Program-made: the position numbers and the translations under genes
Shown: positions 7,444 to 15,476 of the stretch, piece by piece
Layout: every line of letters starts with the position of its first letter
How positions within the stretch are numbered: the first letter of the stretch is position 1
The notes under the pieces: generated by a model
Told to the model about the DNA's origin: nothing
Databases searched by the model: none
What the model saw: only the letters and a program-made list of their open reading frames with translations
Assembly: GCA_038882975.1 (NCBI GenBank)
Contig: JAVZNE010000014.1
Location: 1 to 21,821 of the forward strand
Reading direction: 5' to 3'
DNA from: Candidatus Bathyarchaeia archaeon
Lineage (GTDB): Archaea; Thermoproteota; Bathyarchaeia; Bathyarchaeales; Bathycorpusculaceae
DNA length: 21,821 nt

Positions 7444-7865
7444 GCCTCGCCTATCCATATGGTTTGGTTTAAGTCCTTAAAGTGTTGGTCTCCTGTTATG
7501 AGTTTTGCGTTTAGGGTTTTCGCTGTTGCTAGTATTATGGCGTCGAAGAGGCTTGGCGCTTTTAAGCCTTCTTTTTTGGCTTTTTCTGTTAGTTGGGTGT
7601 AGCATTTGGCGGATTCTATGGCTGTTTGTGGGTTTATTGGGGTTATTTCTGTGGTTTCTTCTATGGTTTTCAGGCGTTGTTGGATGGTGTTTTCTTTTGC
7701 GCCTTCGCGTATGTATTTGCGGGCTATTTCTGTTAGAACAATGTCTGGGGTGTAGGCATCCTCGGCTTCTCGGATGGTTTTCATGGCTTTTTCGCCTCGG
7801 CTGCTGCCTATGAAGATTTCAATCCAAGCGTAGGAGTCAACAACTACTGCCGCTGTTGCCGCCAT
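7440..7865 (-). CDS. vapC: PIN-domain ribonuclease toxin
   Basis: VVVDSYAWIE, VLTEI, SLFDAIILATA and ITGDQHF supply the acidic PIN residues; start set at ATG 7865. Confidence 0.9.
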   Translation of the reverse strand: MAATAAVVVDSYAWIEIFIGSSRGEKAMKTIREAEDAYTPDIVLTEIARKYIREGAKENTIQQRLKTIEETTEITPINPQTAIESAKCYTQLTEKAKKEGLKAPSLFDAIILATAKTLNAKLITGDQHFKDLNQTIWIGEA

Positions 7866-8064
7866 TTTCACCACGGTCTTCCTCCGTGAAAGGCTTAATC
7901 TTGCCCTTGTCAATGCCGAAGACTTCGCTTAGGCGTTGTCTGCGTTGCTGGACGATGAAAAGCCTAATGGTTTCGTCTAGGGTTTGGACTCCAAGCTTTT
8001 GGCGTAGCTTCTCAAGCATCTTAAGTGTGGACTTTGAAACCCTAATAGTTGTTGTCTCAGCCAT
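7837..8064 (-). CDS. vapB: VapB-type antitoxin (RHH-like N-terminus)
   Basis: TTTIRVSKSTLKMLEKLR...LDETIRLF; upstream of and overlapping vapC. Confidence 0.8.
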   Translation of the reverse strand: MAETTTIRVSKSTLKMLEKLRQKLGVQTLDETIRLFIVQQRRQRLSEVFGIDKGKIKPFTEEDRGENGGNSGSSC

Positions 8065-8075
8065 ACAGCTTCACA

Positions 8076-8111
8076 TATACCAGTATACAATATACAAGCA
8101 TATAAGCATAC
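8076..8111 (-). promoter_or_regulatory. vapBC promoter/operator: TATA-like element with repeated TATAC half-sites
   Basis: TATAC at 8076, 8084 and 8091; inverted repeat GTATA-N3-TATAC at 8083-8095; CTTATATG on the minus strand near 8099-8106. Confidence 0.5.
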
Positions 8112-8147
8112 TGTAACAAATTTTGAAAACGTCCTAAGCAACACATT

Positions 8148-8325
8148 TTAGGCTGGCGTTTCAGCTATGGCTTTTGGCCGACGTTCCATATCTCCATGCC
8201 CATGATTTCGCCCTTTTCATCAAGTTCCAAATGGATGTCTGGATCAGCCTCCATCACTTCGTGACTTGGTCCCTCTTTGGATAGCAGGTAAAGTATGTCA
8301 ACGTCTTTGTTGTACATGCTTTCAC
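8148..8325 (-). pseudogene. Second, decayed DUF2283-family gene (below ORF-track cutoff)
   Basis: 8317-8165 reads MYNKDVDILYLLSKEGPSHEVMEADPDIHLELDEKGEIMGMEIWNVGQKP*. An out-of-frame GTG AAA GCA start at 8325 and an out-of-frame tail KAIAETPA* ending at 8148 suggest indels. Confidence 0.65.
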
Positions 8326-8375
8326 TTTACCCTAAACCACTGCGCTCTTACCTTGCACTCTCATAATATCTTAAC

Positions 8376-8384
8376 TTATAAATA
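8376..8384 (+). promoter_or_regulatory. Putative TATA box for the methyltransferase operon
   Basis: TTATAAATA ends ~27 nt upstream of GTG 8411, compatible with a leaderless archaeal transcript. Confidence 0.45.
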
Positions 8385-8410
8385 ACCTACACCAAATACA
8401 ATTTAGAGTA

Positions 8411-9274
8411 GTGAAGTTGATGAATGACCAGGAAGTTCAGGCAGCCATTAAGAAAAAGGAGAAGTTGAACGAGTTAGATGGGAAAACTTGGGAGAGATAT
8501 TCTATTAGCATATGGGATATTGTAAAGTCAAGGGAAGAAGTTAAACTCAAACATCCAGCCATGTTTCCTGTGGAATTATGTCGAAGACTGATTGAGATAT
8601 ATACTAAAAAAGGTGATGTGGTTTTAGACCCCTTTATGGGTAGTGGTAGTGCAATAGTTGCTGCTAGAGACTTGGAACGGAAGGGGATTGGTTTTGATAT
8701 CAACCCAGATTTTGTGAAGCTTGCAAAAAAGAGGATATCTCAACAGAAGCTTATACACCTTGGTGTTGAAGATCCTGATATTTATTGTGAGGACGCCAAA
8801 AACCTATTGATGTATGTAAAACCTAACTCTGTGGATTTAGTGATAACTTCTCCCCCCTACTGGAACATTCATACAAGAAAGAGGACGGCGGACTATAAGG
8901 AACCAAGACCATATTCGTCTTTAGAAAGGGATCTCGGGAACATCTCAGATTTCAATAAGTTTATGGAGGAATTGAAGTCTATTTTTGAAAAAGTTTATGT
9001 TGTTTTAAAAAACGGTAAACGATGTATCGTTATTGTTATGGATATTCGTCAAGGTTCTCAGTTCATTCCGTTTCATATGCGCGTAGCAAATATGATGGCG
9101 GAGATAGGTTTTCTTCTTGAAGATATAATAATTTGGGATAGACGTAAAGAGTACAGTAACTTGCGACCATTGGGCTATCCGTATGTTTTCATTGTGAATA
9201 AAGTTCATGAATACATCTTAATATTCAGGAAGAATAGGGTTGAAGAAATTGAAGTCGAAGAAGACCTCGCTTGA
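8411..9274 (+). CDS. Amino (N4-cytosine/N6-adenine) DNA methyltransferase
   Basis: HPAMFP, SAM-binding VLDPFMGSG and catalytic VITSPPYW; SPPY favours m4C; motif I precedes motif IV. Confidence 0.9.
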   Translation: MKLMNDQEVQAAIKKKEKLNELDGKTWERYSISIWDIVKSREEVKLKHPAMFPVELCRRLIEIYTKKGDVVLDPFMGSGSAIVAARDLERKGIGFDINPDFVKLAKKRISQQKLIHLGVEDPDIYCEDAKNLLMYVKPNSVDLVITSPPYWNIHTRKRTADYKEPRPYSSLERDLGNISDFNKFMEELKSIFEKVYVVLKNGKRCIVIVMDIRQGSQFIPFHMRVANMMAEIGFLLEDIIIWDRRKEYSNLRPLGYPYVFIVNKVHEYILIFRKNRVEEIEVEEDLA

Positions 9275-10220
9275 CTATATCGATGAAGATGTGGCTTATT
9301 TTATTGGATTAATAACCGCTAGGGGCGAAATATCTGATCAAGGAGGAGTAAAGCGAATTTCCATAGAATTTCCCTTTAGGAATTTAGAGGTTGAAGGCGT
9401 AAAGAAGAAGATAACACAAAAAGATAAGATATTGTTAAGCTTGGACAGAACCATAAATAGGGTTAATGAACTTGCAGATGTTAACGTTAGAAAAACCGAG
9501 AGCGAACATTCGGTCTATCTTGTACTCGAAACATTAAAAAATACCATGTTTTTGCGAAATATCAGAATGCTTATGAAAGGTAGAAGCTCTTACTATGAGT
9601 TCGAGATTCCCGACCAAATTTTTGAGTCAAGCGATTCTATTAAAAAGGAATTTATCCGTGGATTTGCCGATGTTGCTGGATCTGCCAGGTGGGCGAACAG
9701 AAATAAGTGGGGAAAATGTAGGGTTTATCTGGATGTCCTTAACAGTCCATCCAATTGGCGTTTGCCGGTTCAAATTTGTCATCTTTTGCAAGATCATTTG
9801 GGAATTCCTGTAGATGTTATTCAGTGGGGTCATCCTAATACTAGAGACCCAAGCTTAAGGGAATATAAGGCTGGACGGAAGGATGCTTGGGCGAGAGAGC
9901 ACCAAATAAAAATTTTTGCAGATGATTTTGAGAAAATAGGTTTCTATATGTCCCATAAACAAGAAATACTTGAAGAACTTGCAGAATACAATAAGACGAA
10001 GGGGTTTGCAAAGGCAAACTTTTGCAATCCGCCAAAAAGAAGAAAAACTAAACCGAAGCATCCTGCTGAAAATTCTGAGAAACTACCTTTAGAAATTCGT
10101 GGAAAGCATTACGACTCTTATTGGCAGATTTGCGCGGATTTGGGTTGCGTAAGATACGCAAATTTCGTTAAAAGACATAAACGACTGACCAAATGGATGG
10201 AATCTAAAAAGAAGAAGTGA
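9240..10220 (+). CDS. Double-motif LAGLIDADG-fold protein with degenerate catalytic positions and Cys/His-containing C-terminus
   Basis: AYFIGLITARGEI (~9294-9332) and KEFIRGFADVAGS (~9645-9683), with IPDQIF preceding motif 2 as in DOD/WhiA-like proteins; C-terminal FCNP...H...ICADLGC. Confidence 0.6.
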   Translation: MKKLKSKKTSLDYIDEDVAYFIGLITARGEISDQGGVKRISIEFPFRNLEVEGVKKKITQKDKILLSLDRTINRVNELADVNVRKTESEHSVYLVLETLKNTMFLRNIRMLMKGRSSYYEFEIPDQIFESSDSIKKEFIRGFADVAGSARWANRNKWGKCRVYLDVLNSPSNWRLPVQICHLLQDHLGIPVDVIQWGHPNTRDPSLREYKAGRKDAWAREHQIKIFADDFEKIGFYMSHKQEILEELAEYNKTKGFAKANFCNPPKRRKTKPKHPAENSEKLPLEIRGKHYDSYWQICADLGCVRYANFVKRHKRLTKWMESKKKK

Positions 10221-10227
10221 AAAGGAA

Positions 10228-10725
10228 TTGTATAAGAAAGAGAAAGAAATGTATCCTGATGTCTGTTTGTGGTTCAAGAAAACGTTGCAAAGTAAGTTTA
10301 AAAATGCTAGAATATGTGTCGAAGATACTTCTAAAAAGGTTCTCTCAAAATGGCTTCTTGAGAAAGGTTTTCATGTATACTTTCCTGACCACCAAACGTA
10401 TGAGATTGAAGTTGATGTAACCGGGGTTATTGTAAAATCAGACAAAGAAGCGCATTTGGGACTTGTTGAATGTAAGCTCGGTAGAATAAACCTACGGGAT
10501 TTTTCCCAATTGTTAGGATACAGCAAGGTTGCCTTACCATTGTATTCTATAATACTTTCACCAAAAGGAGTCTCAAATTCAATAAATCTTCTTTTTAATG
10601 TTGCCAGAAGGAATGATATACTTTACTATTCGCGCGATAGGCATATCTTTATTGCTCAATGGGATGAACGGAAAAAGGAAATAGATTTCTCAACTATAAT
10701 TCCCAAAGGCGTTCGTATCCCTTAA
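10228..10725 (+). CDS. Small PD-(D/E)xK restriction-endonuclease-fold protein
   Basis: N-terminal helix with E (EKEMYP), EVDVTG, LVECK and downstream SQLLGY (Q-x-x-x-Y). Confidence 0.7.
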   Translation: MYKKEKEMYPDVCLWFKKTLQSKFKNARICVEDTSKKVLSKWLLEKGFHVYFPDHQTYEIEVDVTGVIVKSDKEAHLGLVECKLGRINLRDFSQLLGYSKVALPLYSIILSPKGVSNSINLLFNVARRNDILYYSRDRHIFIAQWDERKKEIDFSTIIPKGVRIP

Positions 10726-10761
10726 GTTTATGAATTGGTAAATTTCTGAATTTTGCCTCTC

Positions 10762-10803
10762 TTTATATTCAATCCTTGCCTTGTGTTTTGTTTGATGGTG
10801 GTG
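10762..10803 (+). promoter_or_regulatory. Putative TATA box and Shine-Dalgarno for the packaging operon
   Basis: TTTATAT at 10762-10768 and GGTGGTG at 10797-10803 before ATG 10805. Confidence 0.4.
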
Positions 10804-10804
10804 T

Positions 10805-11197
10805 ATGAGGGAGGTTGTTAGGCGGGTTAGGGAGTTAAGCCTTGGTGATTTGGTTCGTGTTGAGTGGTTTGACGCTAGCATTGGCAAGAGTCTCAGCGGC
10901 GGCTTAAACGGCATAGACGTTCCAGTTGTTAGCTGGGGCATATTTCTAGGCGTTTTGGGCTCTAAGAACCGGCATATTATTTTGGCTCAGAATTGTTTTC
11001 GTTATGCTGATGGCTTCTACGACATTGACTATACGGCTGTGCCGCTGGCTTGGACAAGCAACACCAATGTAATCGCCAAAGCCCATGTCCAGCCCGAAGA
11101 AGCCAAACAGCTTCTAAACAGCTTCTTGGTGGGCGGCAAACGCGCCTCGATAAAGGGCAAGAAACACCATCAACAGAGGGTTAAAAACCATGAATGA
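10805..11197 (+). CDS. Hypothetical beta-rich protein, first gene of packaging operon
   Basis: LGDLVRVEWFDAS...SWGIFLG pattern is reminiscent of small Sm/SH3-like viral proteins; SD present; overlaps the next gene. Confidence 0.6.
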   Translation: MREVVRRVRELSLGDLVRVEWFDASIGKSLSGGLNGIDVPVVSWGIFLGVLGSKNRHIILAQNCFRYADGFYDIDYTAVPLAWTSNTNVIAKAHVQPEEAKQLLNSFLVGGKRASIKGKKHHQQRVKNHE

Positions 11198-11420
11198 CTG
11201 GATTAAGAAGGCTTTGACGAGGCGTGTTAGGAATAAAGAAATCCCACCAGACCAACGCCTAGTTTATGGCGTAAAATTCGCATTAGCCATGACAATAAGC
11301 CTATCCGCCCTAGAAATCGCCCATCTGGCTTTCACTGGCAGGTGGAACAGCGAAATCTTCGCCGCCATAACAGGCTTGACCGGCACTGTAAGCGGCATTC
11401 TCATAGCACAAAAAACCTAG
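11190..11420 (+). CDS. Small two-TM membrane protein, holin-like candidate
   Basis: 76 aa; basic N-terminus, then two hydrophobic segments (VYGVKFALAMTISLSALEIAHLAF; IFAAITGLTGTVSGILIA). Confidence 0.5.
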   Translation: MNDWIKKALTRRVRNKEIPPDQRLVYGVKFALAMTISLSALEIAHLAFTGRWNSEIFAAITGLTGTVSGILIAQKT

Positions 11421-11434
11421 AGGGGTAGGCACTA

Positions 11435-11770
11435 TTGGTTAAAATCAGCCGCAATAAAATGTTGAAAAACAGAATCCAAAAACTCAGAACGGAGGTGAAA
11501 ATAGACACCCAAAAACTCAGAGACGAAACCATAAAAAACCTACAAGAACTCTTCACACTAGCCAAAAGCCAAGCCCAAAACGAAAACCTACGCCTAAAAC
11601 AACGCCAAAACTGGACCCGCATAGCCGCCTACATATGCCAAGTAATAAACACCATAGCCACCCGCTTCGACGAACGCCAAATAGACGAAGACTTGGCAAA
11701 ACTGGAGGCGCTAATAAATGAAGCAGCGGCAAAAACAAAAACTCAAACGATTGGAACAAGCACTTGCTGA
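11435..11770 (+). CDS. Putative terminase small subunit
   Basis: 111-aa basic helical protein overlapping the start of terL; assigned by position only. Confidence 0.5.
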   Translation: MVKISRNKMLKNRIQKLRTEVKIDTQKLRDETIKNLQELFTLAKSQAQNENLRLKQRQNWTRIAAYICQVINTIATRFDERQIDEDLAKLEALINEAAAKTKTQTIGTSTC

Positions 11771-13082
11771 AGCCTTCACACCACCTATACCAGCCGACCC
11801 AGTAGAATTCTGCACCCAAATATTGGGCTTCCAGCCAACCCAGTACCAAACAGAACTAATCCGCAAGTTCCAAACCAGCCAATTCACAGCCGCCCGATGG
11901 TGCCGCCAAAGCGGAAAAACCCAAACAGTATCCGCCTTATTGCTACACTACGCACTAACAAACCCAAACACATGCATAGGCATAGTTGGACCAAGCTGGC
12001 GCCAAACAAAACACGTTATTAGGCGAATAAACGCCCTTCTCAAAAAGCTCCCAAAAGGCTTATACGAAAAACCCCAGCAGACGGCGGTACGCCTAAAAAA
12101 CGGAAGCATAATAGAGGCTTATCCGAACAATCCGGAAACAATCCGCGGACCAACATTGCATATTGTCTACGCAGACGAATTCAATTTTATACCAAACGAC
12201 AAAGACTTGTATGACGCCATACTCTTTACGCTTAGCGCAACAAACGGAAAATTCATATGCACAAGCACACCATGGCACACAGACAGCATTTTCTGGCGGA
12301 TTTGGCACGACCCAGCCTACAGCGACTATGCGAAAAGCCACGTAACCCACCAGCAAGCCACAGAACCCAACGGACCACTAAAACGCGAAATCCTACAAAA
12401 AATTAGGAGGCAGCTGGAAAACGACCAGTGGCGATGGCAACGCGAAATGATGGCAGAATGGGCAGAAGACCAAAACACATGGCTAACCCAATCATTAATA
12501 GTAGCCTGCATAGACCCAACCCTAGAATACACAGCCTACAACAAACCCGCCCAAGGACGATTCTACGCAGGACTAGACCTAGGCAAACACCAAGACCCCA
12601 GCGTATTGGCGGTACTAAAACAAGAACAAGACAACACCCTAAGGCTAGTGCACATGCACAGATTCCCACTAAAAACGCCATACGCCACAGTAATAGGCTA
12701 TACAAAAACCCTATGCGAAAAATGGCAAACCACCCAAAAACTCCTAGTAGACATGACAGGAGTAGGCGAATACATAGTAGAAGACATGAAAAACACAGGC
12801 ATGAACACCCAAATAGAAGGCGTAAAATTCACCCAAGAAACAAAAGAGCAACTTGCCAACAACCTAAAACAACTCATGACTGAAAAGCGCCTAAAAATCC
12901 CCTACGACCCAGAACTAATAGCAGAACTAAACACAGAACGCTACCAACTAACAAAAGAAGGCAAAATACGCCTAACCCGCCCAGAAGGCACCCACGACGA
13001 CCGCTTCTGGAGCCTAGCACTCGCGGCATATGCAGCAAAAACCCAACCGCCAACACCAGCCCTATGGATAGTGCCAAAATGA
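11718..13082 (+). CDS. terL: Terminase large subunit
   Basis: Q motif (PTQYQ), Walker A RQSGKT, IRG, Walker B VYADEF, motif III TSTP, nuclease residues in GLDLG, VDMTGVG and HDDRFWSLALA all intact. Confidence 0.95.
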   Translation: MKQRQKQKLKRLEQALAEAFTPPIPADPVEFCTQILGFQPTQYQTELIRKFQTSQFTAARWCRQSGKTQTVSALLLHYALTNPNTCIGIVGPSWRQTKHVIRRINALLKKLPKGLYEKPQQTAVRLKNGSIIEAYPNNPETIRGPTLHIVYADEFNFIPNDKDLYDAILFTLSATNGKFICTSTPWHTDSIFWRIWHDPAYSDYAKSHVTHQQATEPNGPLKREILQKIRRQLENDQWRWQREMMAEWAEDQNTWLTQSLIVACIDPTLEYTAYNKPAQGRFYAGLDLGKHQDPSVLAVLKQEQDNTLRLVHMHRFPLKTPYATVIGYTKTLCEKWQTTQKLLVDMTGVGEYIVEDMKNTGMNTQIEGVKFTQETKEQLANNLKQLMTEKRLKIPYDPELIAELNTERYQLTKEGKIRLTRPEGTHDDRFWSLALAAYAAKTQPPTPALWIVPK

Positions 13083-14584
13083 AACGCCAAAAAGAAATTT
13101 TCCAAATCAAAAGCATAAAACGCCGCTACGACCACGCAACAGGCAAATTCATAATAAACATAGCCTACAAAACAGCCCCACCAAAACCAACAAAAAGAGT
13201 TTTAGGCGTAGCAGAAACCTTTGGGCTCGGCTTAGACCAAACAACAAAATTCACAATATACGAAAACGCAGAAATAAAAATCGGCGTTGGCGACATCGTC
13301 TACATAACAGGCGAAAGCGGCTCAGGAAAAAGCATCCTCCTAAAAGCCCTAGAAAAAGACATCCGAAAATACACACCCCACACATGCATAAACATTGGGC
13401 AAATAAAACCCCCACCCAACAAGCCCATAATAGAAACGGTGGGCAAAACCTTCCAACAAGCCCTTGGGCTTCTAAGCCTAGTAGGCTTAAACGATGCTTT
13501 TATTTTCCTCCGCACCTATCGGCAACTCAGCGACGGACAAAAATATAGATACAAAATAGCCAAACTAATAGAAAGCCAAGCCCAATTCTGGATACTAGAC
13601 GAATTCGCAGCAACCCTAGACCGTGACACAGCAAAAATAGTGGCATACAACCTCCAAAAAACCGCAAGACGCATGGGCAAAACAGTCATAGCCGCCACAA
13701 CCCACACAGACCTCCACGAAGACCTAAACCCCTCAATCCACATTCATAAACGCTACGGAAAAGAAATAACAGTCAAATATCACCCAAACACGCCAGCCAA
13801 AGAATGCAGCCTAACACGAGAAATACGCATAGAACAAGGCGCAAAAGCCGACTACAAAGCGTTAAGCCAATTCCACTATCGTTCAAGCCATCTGCCGCCG
13901 CCGAGAAAAACCTTCACCATGAAACGCGGAGAAGAAACATGCGGAGTAATCGTCTACAGCTACCCACCACCAACAATGTTCGGAAGAAGCCAAATCTGGA
14001 AAGGTAACCACCAACAACTCCAAAAAGAAATTAGCACAATAACCCGAGTAATAATCCAACCAAAATACCGCGCAATAGGCCTAGGAACAAAACTCGTAAA
14101 AGAAACACTTCCATTAGCCGGAACACCCTACGTGGAAACATTAGCCGTCATGGCAAAATACAACCCCTTCTTCGAAAAGGCCGGAATGCGAAAGATAGCC
14201 GAAAGCAAGCCCAGCCCCCACCTGCAAAAAGCCATGGAAAAGCTGGAAGCCCTAGGATTCAAGCCATACATGCTCCAAAGCCAAAGATACAGCATAGAAA
14301 AGCTAAACGAGGTCGGCAAAACCGAAGTTATAAAAATACTAACCGAACTTTCAGAGAAAGGCGCCATTCCCAGAAAAAGAATCATATCCACAAGCGAAGC
14401 CTACCCAAGCCACAAAGAATTCAAAGAAAAAATAGAAAAGCTAAACAGTGAAGGGCTAGCAAAAGCGCTGAAAAAGCTAAGCTTCCTAACACAGACAAAA
14501 GTTTACCTTTTCTGGGCTAAAGACTGGCTTAACGCCAGGAAGCAGCCCAATCTTGGCGTAAAACCTTCTCCACATAAAACTTAG
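13079..14584 (+). CDS. ABC-type ATPase fused to GNAT acetyltransferase (COG2401-like)
   Basis: GESGSGKS, signature LSDGQ, Walker B ILDEF with D-loop ATLD, H-loop ATTH; then FHYR and acetyl-CoA motif RVIIQPKYRAIGLG; ATG 13079 overlaps the terL stop (ATGA). Confidence 0.85.
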   Translation: MKRQKEIFQIKSIKRRYDHATGKFIINIAYKTAPPKPTKRVLGVAETFGLGLDQTTKFTIYENAEIKIGVGDIVYITGESGSGKSILLKALEKDIRKYTPHTCINIGQIKPPPNKPIIETVGKTFQQALGLLSLVGLNDAFIFLRTYRQLSDGQKYRYKIAKLIESQAQFWILDEFAATLDRDTAKIVAYNLQKTARRMGKTVIAATTHTDLHEDLNPSIHIHKRYGKEITVKYHPNTPAKECSLTREIRIEQGAKADYKALSQFHYRSSHLPPPRKTFTMKRGEETCGVIVYSYPPPTMFGRSQIWKGNHQQLQKEISTITRVIIQPKYRAIGLGTKLVKETLPLAGTPYVETLAVMAKYNPFFEKAGMRKIAESKPSPHLQKAMEKLEALGFKPYMLQSQRYSIEKLNEVGKTEVIKILTELSEKGAIPRKRIISTSEAYPSHKEFKEKIEKLNSEGLAKALKKLSFLTQTKVYLFWAKDWLNARKQPNLGVKPSPHKT

Positions 14585-15371
14585 ATATTAACTCAGAGTC
14601 AAGTCCCATGTCTTCCTCAATCTTCCGAAAAACCTCACGCCCCAAAACCTGCAAAGCCCGCAGCCGCCTCCCAAAATCCATCAGTGAAAGCTCACCAGTC
14701 CTTAGAGCCTCCCTAATCAGCCTACAATAATTTTTCGGCAGCCACTTTAGGCTGTATGAGTGGAAAAGCCTCCATTTTGGCGCCGGCCAAAACTCCTTGT
14801 TTAAAGCGAATATTAACCTAATCAATAACTCAACCCCATAGTTTAGACAGTAATGGGCACTTGTTAAATCACCCCTCTTAATCCAAACTTCAGCCACCGT
14901 GCTGGAACTCTTCCTAACAGGGCAGCAGTACCATTTTAAGTACTCAGCACAAACCACAACCCGTTTCTTCCAAAAATTTTCCGAAACTTTCAATTTTTCA
15001 CTCAAAACTTTTTTAGCTTCCCCTTCTGGGTCGAAAACTATTTTGGCTTTCGAGAACTCCCATCTATCCGCATCATCCCAACTATACGCCTTGAAATCCT
15101 CAATAAAATGAATTTCAAAGTCTATTTCAATGTGGTGGCGGCGTTCTGCATCCCGCCAAGTCCCAACCAGCTTCCTCTTCAAGTCTTCATCCCTGTTTTT
15201 AAGAAGCACTAAGACATCTAAGTCTGAGAACTCGTCGGCAAAGCCCCTAGTCAAACCACCTAGAAAAAGGATGCCAGCCACACCTTTATGGGCTGCTATT
15301 TGGGAGGCAAAATCAGCCGCAACCCTTCTAAAACGGGCTATGCGATTTATCCCCTTGAGTTTCGCAACCAT
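14529..15371 (-). CDS. Nucleotidyltransferase-domain protein with helical C-terminal domain (KNTase/DUF4037-like)
   Basis: GGLTRGFADEFSDLDV motif; LIFALNKEFWPAPKW; start at ATG 15371 preferred, longer ORF to 15464 possible. Confidence 0.75.
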   Translation of the reverse strand: MVAKLKGINRIARFRRVAADFASQIAAHKGVAGILFLGGLTRGFADEFSDLDVLVLLKNRDEDLKRKLVGTWRDAERRHHIEIDFEIHFIEDFKAYSWDDADRWEFSKAKIVFDPEGEAKKVLSEKLKVSENFWKKRVVVCAEYLKWYCCPVRKSSSTVAEVWIKRGDLTSAHYCLNYGVELLIRLIFALNKEFWPAPKWRLFHSYSLKWLPKNYCRLIREALRTGELSLMDFGRRLRALQVLGREVFRKIEEDMGLDSELISKFYVEKVLRQDWAASWR

Positions 15372-15476
15372 TTTCCGAAGCAACCAACTGTTAGTTTCTA
15401 TTTGGATTTTTGATTCATAAAGCCTTTTTGAAACTAGCCCAATTTTAGCCATGAAAGGCGACATGGTGCATTATGG

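Larger units (their letters stand above)
8370..10780. mobile_element. AT-rich acquired island carrying a putative restriction-modification system
   Basis: Spot count 22/60 G+C at 8461-8520 versus 32/60 at 1381-1440; lacks the GT/AC skew of the flanks; boundaries approximate, no terminal repeats found. Confidence 0.55.

Noticed and set aside
9240-10220. Intein or active homing endonuclease
   Set aside because: Free-standing ORF without C/S-start or HN-C splice motifs, no interrupted host gene, and catalytic acidic positions substituted
11553-13135. Hydrophobic Leu/Val/Gly/Trp-rich antisense ORFs (also 7505-7813) and the alternate-frame ORF 12428-12883
   Set aside because: Shadows of real genes produced by the strong AC/GT skew
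13079-14584. ABC transporter ATPase
   Set aside because: No permease or binding-protein genes nearby; fused to a GNAT domain
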